From assembly GCA_027459505.1 (NCBI GenBank), contig DAIDIE010000019.1, forward strand, positions 49,645 through 113,644: 64,000 nt of DNA, given 5' to 3'. Source of the stretch: Acidobacteriota bacterium (GTDB lineage Bacteria > Acidobacteriota > Terriglobia > Terriglobales > SCQP01). Below, one piece after another: positions 57,180-64,000 of the stretch. Under the pieces are notes generated by a model. It had not been told where the DNA came from and searched no databases. It saw only the letters and a program-made list of their open reading frames with translations. A program made the position numbers and the translations under genes. Position 1 is the stretch's first letter. Each line of letters opens with the position of its first letter.

Positions 57180-58274
57180 ATGGGCGACACCATTCCTATT
57201 CGTGATCTCCGGGTGGAGATCTTCACCGTTCCCACGCAGACCCCTGAGTCGGACGGCACCCTGTCGTGGAATAAGACCACCCTCGTGCTGGTCTCGATTA
57301 CCGCGGGAGGCAAAACCGGCATGGGCTACACCTATGCCGACAGCAGCGTCGCCACGCTGATCAACGGAACGCTTGCCGAAAAGCTGCGTGGCGAGGACGC
57401 GTTGGCCATTCCCCGCCTGTGGGAGCTGCAGGTCTCCGCCATTCGCAACCTCGGCCGTCCCGGCATCTGCTCCATGGCGATCTCCGCGGTGGACATCGCA
57501 CTGTGGGACCTCAAGGCGCGTCTGTTGGAGGTCTCGCTGGTGGATCTGTGGGGGGCGGTGCGCGATTCAGTGGAGGCCTATGGATCGGGGGGCTTTACCT
57601 CCTACTCGCTGGCGCAATTGGAAGAGCAGTTGGGCGGCTGGGCGGCGCAGGGACTGCCGGCGGTCAAGATGAAGGTGGGCACCCATCCCCAGCAGGACCC
57701 CGAGCGCGTGCGCGCGGCGCGCCATGCCATTGGGCCCGGCGTTGCCCTCTTCGTGGATGCCAATGGCGCCTACAGCCGCAAGCAGGCGCTGGGGATGGCG
57801 GAGCGCTTTGCGGCCGAAGGGGTGTGCTGGTTCGAGGAACCGGTCAGCTCCGATGACCTGGACGGGTTGCATCTGCTGCGCGACCGCGTGCCCGCACCCA
57901 TGGAAGTCGCGGCGGGCGAGTACGGTTACGATCAGGTCTACTTCCAGCGCATGCTGCAGGCGCGCGCAGTGGATGTCTTGCAGGCGGACGCCACCCGCTG
58001 CGCCGGCTTCACCGGCTTTTTCCAGGCGAATGCTCTGTGCGCCGCCTGGGAGCTGCCGCTCTCGGCGCATACCTCGCCCACCCTGCATGGACACATTGGG
58101 TGCGCCGCACACCGGCTGCGCAATGTGGAGTACTTCCACGACCACGCACGCATCGAACACATGTTTTTTGAAGGGGCATTGACGCCGGAGCGAGGCCGCC
58201 TGCATCCGGATCGCAGCCGGCCCGGCCTGGGATTGGAGTTGAAGCGCAGAGATGCGCGCCGCTTCGCGGCCTGA
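57180..58274 (+). CDS. Mandelate racemase/muconate lactonizing (enolase superfamily) protein
   Basis: AISAVDIALWDL, KMK, VDANG, WFEEP, AGEY, SAH. Confidence 0.9.
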   Translation: MGDTIPIRDLRVEIFTVPTQTPESDGTLSWNKTTLVLVSITAGGKTGMGYTYADSSVATLINGTLAEKLRGEDALAIPRLWELQVSAIRNLGRPGICSMAISAVDIALWDLKARLLEVSLVDLWGAVRDSVEAYGSGGFTSYSLAQLEEQLGGWAAQGLPAVKMKVGTHPQQDPERVRAARHAIGPGVALFVDANGAYSRKQALGMAERFAAEGVCWFEEPVSSDDLDGLHLLRDRVPAPMEVAAGEYGYDQVYFQRMLQARAVDVLQADATRCAGFTGFFQANALCAAWELPLSAHTSPTLHGHIGCAAHRLRNVEYFHDHARIEHMFFEGALTPERGRLHPDRSRPGLGLELKRRDARRFAA

Positions 58275-58347
58275 AGCGGATGAGATCGCCACCAGCCAGG
58301 GCTAGGCTGAAGAGCGGCCGGAAACTTCAACCGGTTTCTTCCCCCCG

Positions 58348-58770
58348 CTACAGCGGCGCCCTTTCCGGTGCCGCGATGAAGCCAATACCAGGCACATCTA
58401 GTTTCAGCAGCCGGGCGTCGTTGGTCAGAAATAAATCCACTCCGCATTGCGCTGCGCAGGCCAACTGAATGGCATCCGCGTTGCGCAGCCCGTGGGCGGC
58501 TCGCAGCCTCGCATAGCGCCGCGCCGCCAGCTCGTCAAAACAGACGATGACAGCCGACGCCCGCAGCGCCCTGGCGTACTCCTCAGCCAGCGCGCTCCGG
58601 CCAAGTTCCATCGGCTTGACGAGAATCTCCCCCAGTGTCATGGCCGAGGTAACAAGCCGGTCGCCCCGCTCCAGCATTCGTCTCCGGATTTCCACCACCC
58701 GGCTCCGGTAGGGTTCGCGGCCCTCAAATAGATAGATAAACAGGTTTGTGTCGAAGAAAATGCGTCTCAT
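58348..58770 (-). CDS. vapC: VapC PIN-domain toxin
   Basis: FFDTNLFIY, TLGEILV, DAIQLA, FLTND; overlaps the upstream gene (ATGA). Confidence 0.9.
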   Translation of the reverse strand: MRRIFFDTNLFIYLFEGREPYRSRVVEIRRRMLERGDRLVTSAMTLGEILVKPMELGRSALAEEYARALRASAVIVCFDELAARRYARLRAAHGLRNADAIQLACAAQCGVDLFLTNDARLLKLDVPGIGFIAAPERAPL

Positions 58771-59273
58771 CCGGGCTCATTTCGCAAGCGGTTGACATAG
58801 GCGTCAGCGTGCTCCTGCGCCCAAACCCCCTTACCCGATCCCGACAGGCGGATCAGCGCATCCCGCGCGCCTGGTGGCCCGCCGGCATGGGAGTGTTTGC
58901 GAGACCACTGTTCATACCAGTCGAGCAGCGGCCAATAGCGCGCGGGCGTCTCGGCCGCTTGCGGCATATGTTTCGAGGGCCGCTTCGATTGACGTTCCGG
59001 GTGCACGTCGTCGCCCGCACGGAAAAGCCTGAGATGCCCAGCACGTGTTTCATACAGCATCCGGTACTTGCCGCCGCAAGGTTTGGTGTTGGCAACCAAG
59101 TGCTGTTTGAGATGTGCGTTCACCGATCCCGGTCCCGCCCCATCGCTCAATCCGGATTCACGCAGCGATTCCCGTATCTCGTCCCTTGTGAAATCCCCGC
59201 GCCGCGGATAGCGGCGGTGCAGCAGCGCCACGGCAACCCAAATACGGTCCGCCAGTTTCAGCCGTTTTTCCAT
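58767..59273 (-). CDS. Putative large antitoxin (uncharacterised N-domain plus antitoxin-like tail)
   Basis: Translationally coupled to vapC; C-terminal LSGSGKGVWAQEHADAYVNRLRNE resembles VapB neutralising tails. Confidence 0.65.
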   Translation of the reverse strand: MEKRLKLADRIWVAVALLHRRYPRRGDFTRDEIRESLRESGLSDGAGPGSVNAHLKQHLVANTKPCGGKYRMLYETRAGHLRLFRAGDDVHPERQSKRPSKHMPQAAETPARYWPLLDWYEQWSRKHSHAGGPPGARDALIRLSGSGKGVWAQEHADAYVNRLRNEPG

Positions 59274-59295
59274 GGCTCTTGCACGCCTCAAAACG

Positions 59296-59358
59296 ATGAT
59301 ACCTCACGTAACTAGGTATGTGAGGGCCTGGTATGCGCGGACGTGGTATGCGAGGGCG
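59296..59358 (-). promoter_or_regulatory. Putative promoter and operator array of the TA operon
   Basis: Minus strand CTCACA-N17-TATCAT; ATACCT/AGGTAT inverted repeat; three tandem 15-mers AGGTATGTGAGGGCC, TGGTATGCGCGGACG, TGGTATGCGAGGGCG (59314-59358). Confidence 0.55.
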
Positions 59359-59374
59359 TGCTGACCGGCAGGAT

Positions 59375-59420
59375 GGGCCGGAGGCCGAAGCGGGTGGAAG
59401 AAACAGCGGTCCGTGCCGCT
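59375..59420 (+). repeat. 3' tail of dispersed repeat subtype A
   Basis: GGGCCGGAGGCCGAAGCGGGTGGAAGAAACAGCGGTCCGTGCCGCT versus GGGCCGGACACCGAAGCGGGTGGAATAAAAGCGGCCGTGCCGCT at the end of the 30581 copy. Confidence 0.75.
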
Positions 59421-59454
59421 CCTTGCGCGATCCCCGCCGAGGAGGCGCCGGGTT

Positions 59455-59655
59455 AGGAGCGAGCCCCCGAGTCGTTCCTATGGGAGGAGATCCCCGCCCA
59501 GCAACGGCAGAATCGCAGGTGCAGGGCCGCGAAATTCCGCTGGGCGGCCCCGGCGGGAGTGGCGCCCGGCCTCGGCGGCTTGGCGGTCTCACCGCAGAAC
59601 GCGGCAGGGGTCATCAACCGGAACGGCCGGTCTGAAGGAGACGAGCCCGTGGCTC
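59455..59655 (+). repeat. Dispersed structured repeat, subtype B (full copy)
   Basis: Inverted homolog of 53365-53544 with a ~22-nt insertion; terminal hairpin GAGCC-CGT-GGCTC. Confidence 0.9.
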
Positions 59656-59659
59656 CGCT

Positions 59660-61036
59660 TTACAGCGTCTCCTGCGCTCCGGGGGCGAACTCCTGGATCT
59701 TGGCCTGAATGCGGTCATGAATCCAGTGCGGGTCCCACCACTCGGCGGGGTCGACCTGTTGCCCGTCCAGCAACACACTGAAGTGCAGGTGGTCGCCGCC
59801 AGCCAAGCCAGTTGAATCGCTATGGGCGATGAGCTGGCCCTTCTTCACGAAGTCTCCGGGATGCGCCACGAAGTCGTTGAGGTGGGCGTACAGGGTCATC
59901 AACCCAAAGCCGTGATCGATGACGATGCAGTTGCCATAGATGCCGAAGTACTTGGCCATGATCACCTTGCCGTCATTGGAGGCCAGCACCGGCGTATGCG
60001 CCACCGCCGCCAGATCGTAGCCAAGGTGATACTCGTCGTCGATGATTTTGCCTTTATAGGTATAAATGCGGTGATCGGCGTAATGCGCCTCGACGGCGGA
60101 ATGGCCCAGCTGCAGAAACGCGCCATGCCAGTAGAACTGGTTCGCGCTCTGCGGCGCCAGGTCGATCAGCTCCTGCGTCTGTTGGGCGCGCAGGTCATGG
60201 TTAATTTCGTAAAAGTTCTTGATCAGCGAGCCTTCGTCCTGCAGAGAGGGCGTGTTGGCCATGATGGCGGGAACCACCTTGGCCAGGAACGAATCGGGCA
60301 GCTCGAATTTTCGCGGCGGCCAGGGATGGGGATAGGTTTTGGCGGGCAGCTCCTCCTGGTTCTGATTGCCGGCATCATCTTTGGCGATCAGCACCGGCTT
60401 GGAGTTGGCGGGAGCGTTGTAGGGAAAAGCGAAAATCGAAAACATGGTACCGGCGGGCGCCCCGGGCAGCGCGTGTCCGGCGAAAAACACCCCGCCCATT
60501 TCCACGCCGCTGCTGGTCGTGCCCCGGGAGACATGGTAGACCGCCATGTCGCAGCCGCCCTGGTGGATGTAATGCTGCGTGGTCAGCAGCGCCAGTTGCG
60601 GCGGCACGGAACGGATCTCGACCGGCTTCTTCCATGTCGTGGTTGAATCGCGCAGGTTTGCCGCCCGCGCCTGGATGATCAGCGTGGCCGCGCCGTCGCG
60701 CAAGCCCTGGGCGGCCATGCGTCCAATCGGCACCTGCAACTGCAGTGCCCGGGGATTCATTCCTGTGAAGAACCAATGGCGTTGGCCGGTCTCCTGATGG
60801 AAGAGCAGAAAGTCCTTGCCGTTCTGTTCGTAGGAGACGCTCACGGCGCGGATGCCGCTGCTTTGCCGCACATTGACATCAATGCTGCGGCGCGCTCCCA
60901 CCGCCTTGGGCACCTGCGCGGTGATCTTTGGAGCGCCGCCGCGCAGCACCACCCAGAAGAACAGCGCGACCAGGATCAGAACGAGGACCAGGACCAGATT
61001 GCGTCCAGTGTTGGAAGGCGCGTCGTAGCTTTTCAA
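59660..61036 (-). CDS. M23-family metallopeptidase
   Basis: TM anchor; HLGYD, YAHL and DHLHF zinc motifs. Confidence 0.9.
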   Translation of the reverse strand: MKSYDAPSNTGRNLVLVLVLILVALFFWVVLRGGAPKITAQVPKAVGARRSIDVNVRQSSGIRAVSVSYEQNGKDFLLFHQETGQRHWFFTGMNPRALQLQVPIGRMAAQGLRDGAATLIIQARAANLRDSTTTWKKPVEIRSVPPQLALLTTQHYIHQGGCDMAVYHVSRGTTSSGVEMGGVFFAGHALPGAPAGTMFSIFAFPYNAPANSKPVLIAKDDAGNQNQEELPAKTYPHPWPPRKFELPDSFLAKVVPAIMANTPSLQDEGSLIKNFYEINHDLRAQQTQELIDLAPQSANQFYWHGAFLQLGHSAVEAHYADHRIYTYKGKIIDDEYHLGYDLAAVAHTPVLASNDGKVIMAKYFGIYGNCIVIDHGFGLMTLYAHLNDFVAHPGDFVKKGQLIAHSDSTGLAGGDHLHFSVLLDGQQVDPAEWWDPHWIHDRIQAKIQEFAPGAQETL

Positions 61037-61402
61037 AACGATAAAACCTCGGGTCGGAATCGGAAGAGGGCGGCGCCAGACAGCGCCGCAACGTGCTGCT
61101 CGATTATCGCAAAGCGGAGTGGAAGTTGCACAGTGGGAATGCAGGGAAGAGTGGACAATTCACACTGCACAGTTCACCGTGGAGCGTTGCAGTTGGTTTG
61201 GCGTGGCGCACGTGCCGGGCGGGGGCGTTGAGGGCGCGCATTGGGACGAAGTCACGGGGGAGTTGCCAGTTGTCAGTTGTGCGTGGGGACTACAGGTTTT
61301 CGAAGTCGTAGGCAACGTTGAGAGGGTCTTTCAGTGCAGAGCAGGGGAATGAGCCGCTAACCGCCAGGCCGCGCGTTCGCTCGCCCCATAGACGGGATTT
61401 AG

Positions 61403-61537
61403 GAATTGCCGCCGATCCACCGTGATCCGTTCGATAGGGCGCTGATTGCTCAAGCCATCAGCGAAAACCCGCACTTTGCCACCTTGGACGAGCTTGCCAG
61501 GAGGTACGAGGTCGCAGGTTTGAAGATGCTCGTTTAA
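61403..61537 (+). pseudogene. C-terminal remnant of a PIN/VapC toxin
   Basis: Manual translation ELPPIHRDPFDRALIAQAISENPHFATLDELARRY..* carries the HRDPFDR.LIAQA PIN motif; preceded by an in-frame TAG and no start. Confidence 0.75.
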
Positions 61538-61577
61538 ATCCCAGCGCCCTGGTCCGCGGCTGCCGAGTGGGGCCGCT

Positions 61578-61947
61578 TTATCCTCTGATCAGCTCGATGC
61601 GGTTACCAAAAGGATCGTGCACATAGCAGCGCTCGACGCCGGGGATCTCATTAATCGGATTGCGGTTCGAATCCAGCCTCACTCAAGCGCCGCAGGAGAG
61701 CTTCGTAACCGGCGCAGCGCAGCGCCGGGTGAGCCTTCTTTGCTGGCCGGAAATCGGCTTCGACGCCCAGGTGCAACTGCACCTCGCCGCTTGCAAACCA
61801 GCAATTGCCGCGGGGTTGCAGCGCCTCCGGTTTCACCAGTTCACGCATGCCGAGCAGATCGCCGTAGAAAGCGCGCGCGGCGCCCTCCTGTCCGGAGGGC
61901 ATGGCGAGCTGCACGTGATCGAGGCGGAGGAAGGGCAGTGGCGGCAT
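61578..61947 (-). pseudogene. Glyoxalase/VOC-family gene with +1 frameshift near 61653
   Basis: LDHVQLAMP...KKAHPA...FEPQSD* continues in another frame as NEIPGVERCYVHDPFGNRIELIRG*. The span is 370 nt (3n+1). Confidence 0.8.
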
Positions 61948-62096
61948 CAGGTTCACGACTTTCCCACCAGACAAACGAGTCTGGAGCCCCGGCGATTTCA
62001 AGCCCGGCGCTGGCAACTTTGAGGGGAAGCACCGGTCAAAACAAAAGCACCCGGTTCCGGTTCAGCCTCATTGCCACTGCGCGCGCGCGGGGGCGC

Positions 62097-63317
62097 TTAG
62101 GTCCGGTAGCTGCCATTGATGCGGATGTATTCCTCGGTCAGGTCGCAGGTCCAGATGGTGGCCTCCGACTTGCCGGCGCGCAGATCGATGCGCACCTCGA
62201 CGTCTGGAACGTCCAGCAGCTTTTTCGCCTTGTCCTCGTCAAAGGGCAGGGCCACGCCCTTGCGATAGACCGGCAGTCCGTTGAACCAGATGAGGGCTTG
62301 CTCGGGGTCGAAGCGCGCGCCGGAATAGCCGGCGGCGGCGAGCACGCGTCCCCAATTGGGGTCGGCGCCGGCCAGGGCGGTTTTCACCAGCGGCGAGTGG
62401 GCGATGGCGCGCGCCGCCTGGTCGGCCTCGCCGTCGTTTTTCGCACCCAGCAGCGAGATGGTGACAAAGCGCCGCGCCCCTTCGCCGTCCCGCACAATCT
62501 GGCGTGCGAGTGACGTAGCTACCTGGGTCACCGCCGCGCGCAGATTCTTCAGCCCGGTCGCGCTCAGCTTGCCTTTGGCCCTGGAACTCCAGAGCGCCAC
62601 CATGTCGTTGGTGGAGGTGTCTCCATCGACGGTGATGCGGTTGAACGAAACCGCCACCGCGTCACGCAGAATGCCGCGCAGTTGCGCGGCGCTGGCGGGG
62701 GCGTCGGTAAAGATGTAACCCAGCATGGTGGCCATGCGCGGATGAATCATGCCCGAGCCCTTGCACATGCCGGCGACGCGGTACTCCGTGCGCCCGTCGC
62801 GGAAGCGCGCCGCGGCGGTCTTAACGCGCGTGTCAGTGGTGAGCAACGCCCTGGCCGCGGCTTCGGGTCCGTCTTCCCGCGCCAGCCAGAGGGGCAGCGC
62901 GGCGGTAATCTTCGCGGCATCGAGTGGTACTCCAATCACGCCGGTTGACGCCACCAGCACCTGCTCGACCTTGCAGCCAGCGGCTTGGGCAGCCGCCCGC
63001 AGTTCCGCCTTGGCCGCCTTCTCGCCGGCCTTGCCGGTGGCGCAGTTGGCGTTGCCGGAATTGACTACCAGGACCTGAGTTAGTCCTTTGCTCTCCTCGA
63101 GATTGGCGCGCGACAGCCGCACCGGCGCGGCCTGCACGCGGTTGGTGGTGAACACCGCCGCGCACGGCGTTGGAGTTCTGGTGCGGACAACGACCAGATC
63201 GGGGGATGCCGGCTTGATGCCGCAGTGGCCCGCGCTGAACTGAAAGCCTTCCGGCCAGTCAGCGGCGCCGGCCAGGGTTTCAGAGTTGGAAGGGATGGCA
63301 GTCGTGGATTTCTTCAA
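62097..63317 (-). CDS. argJ: Bifunctional ornithine acetyltransferase
   Basis: NSGNANCATG, STGVIG, KGSGMIHPRMATML, DGDTSTND, DGEGA, DPNWGR, YRT C-terminus. Confidence 0.95.
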   Translation of the reverse strand: MKKSTTAIPSNSETLAGAADWPEGFQFSAGHCGIKPASPDLVVVRTRTPTPCAAVFTTNRVQAAPVRLSRANLEESKGLTQVLVVNSGNANCATGKAGEKAAKAELRAAAQAAGCKVEQVLVASTGVIGVPLDAAKITAALPLWLAREDGPEAAARALLTTDTRVKTAAARFRDGRTEYRVAGMCKGSGMIHPRMATMLGYIFTDAPASAAQLRGILRDAVAVSFNRITVDGDTSTNDMVALWSSRAKGKLSATGLKNLRAAVTQVATSLARQIVRDGEGARRFVTISLLGAKNDGEADQAARAIAHSPLVKTALAGADPNWGRVLAAAGYSGARFDPEQALIWFNGLPVYRKGVALPFDEDKAKKLLDVPDVEVRIDLRAGKSEATIWTCDLTEEYIRINGSYRT

Positions 63318-63462
63318 GATCGGTTCACCAGAAAAAATTGCGGCTCATTCAGTATCCAGCAAAAGCGGCCGCCGAGGTGTTTCGGCCGCTTACCGCGCCG
63401 GGTGCGCGGTGGCGGGGGTTGTGGTTTGGCCGGGGCACCGGCCGCGGGGAGTGTTCCGCGCG

Positions 63463-63999
63463 TCAGGCGGGCAAGGCGGGCGCCAGCAGCGCCTCGCGCT
63501 CGTGACGGGCACGCGCGCCCTCATCGCTGGACAGCGGCGCCTGGAACACATCACAGATCACTGGAACCTGATGGCAGAGGTTCAGCTTCGGGCAGCGCAG
63601 GCAATCGCGGTTAAACTTCTGCGTGAGCTGCCCCATGTCGGATTTTTCGAACCCGAAGGGGTAAAAGAATTCCGGCGCATGGGTGAGGGCGAAAGCCTTC
63701 CAGGCCTGGTATTCGCGAGCTTCTTTCAAGAGGTGGCGCACCAGCGCGCTGCCCAGGCCATGGCCCTGGGCGCCGGCGTCGACGGCCAGCGACTGGAGCT
63801 CGGCCACGTCCTCATCCAGGAAATGCAGCGCGCCGCAGGCCAGGATGCGGCCCTGGGGATCCTCCGCCACGCTGAAGTCGCGAATGTTTTCGCAGATGTA
63901 GGCCAGAGGTCGTGGCAGCAGCAATCCTTGCCGCACGTAGGGCTGCATCAGGGCGTGAATCTCACCGGCGTCACAGAGCTTGGCTTTGCGAATGTTCAC
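63463..63999 (-). CDS. argA: GNAT N-acetylglutamate synthase-like acetyltransferase
   Basis: GLLLPR, ENIRDF, AELQSLAV, GHGLGS, FALT and DCLRCPK; upstream of argJ; starts at the window edge. Confidence 0.8.
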   Translation of the reverse strand: MNIRKAKLCDAGEIHALMQPYVRQGLLLPRPLAYICENIRDFSVAEDPQGRILACGALHFLDEDVAELQSLAVDAGAQGHGLGSALVRHLLKEAREYQAWKAFALTHAPEFFYPFGFEKSDMGQLTQKFNRDCLRCPKLNLCHQVPVICDVFQAPLSSDEGARARHEREALLAPALPA

Positions 64000-64000
64000 C

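Noticed and set aside
56954-57322. 123-aa N-terminal extension of the restriction endonuclease (possible fused controller)
   Set aside because: It overlaps the divergent enolase gene, has no HTH-like pattern, and family similarity begins at MSINADK.

Overview
A GC-rich bacterial chromosomal window. Its gene content (VWA-domain protein, TamB/BamA, GH30/GH3 enzymes, Rhs relics) suggests an Acidobacteriota (Terriglobia-like) genome; this is an inference. Housekeeping genes include uvrA, lpdA-lipB, argJ/argA, hemD, tamB/bamA, egtB-egtD, mscL and tRNA-Arg(CCT). Other loci are a CysO-type sulfur-relay cluster (cysM, mec, cysO, moeZ), three hemicellulase genes sharing a LacI-type operator, and a P-loop kinase-dCMP deaminase fusion facing a Nudix gene. 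An accessory region (~49.7-61.6 kb) holds Rhs-core relics, orphan membrane ORFs, an IS5 remnant, a XamI-family restriction-modification pair and PIN toxin-antitoxin modules. The most striking unexplained signal is a dispersed, ~110-210 nt, highly structured repeat family with about 9 full or partial copies in two subtypes. The subtypes share end motifs and covarying hairpins. Copies sit in intergenic regions, appear in frame in one ORF, abut a truncated gene, and form an inverted pair around the RM/TA block. All alignments and folds were done by eye, and no database searches were run.
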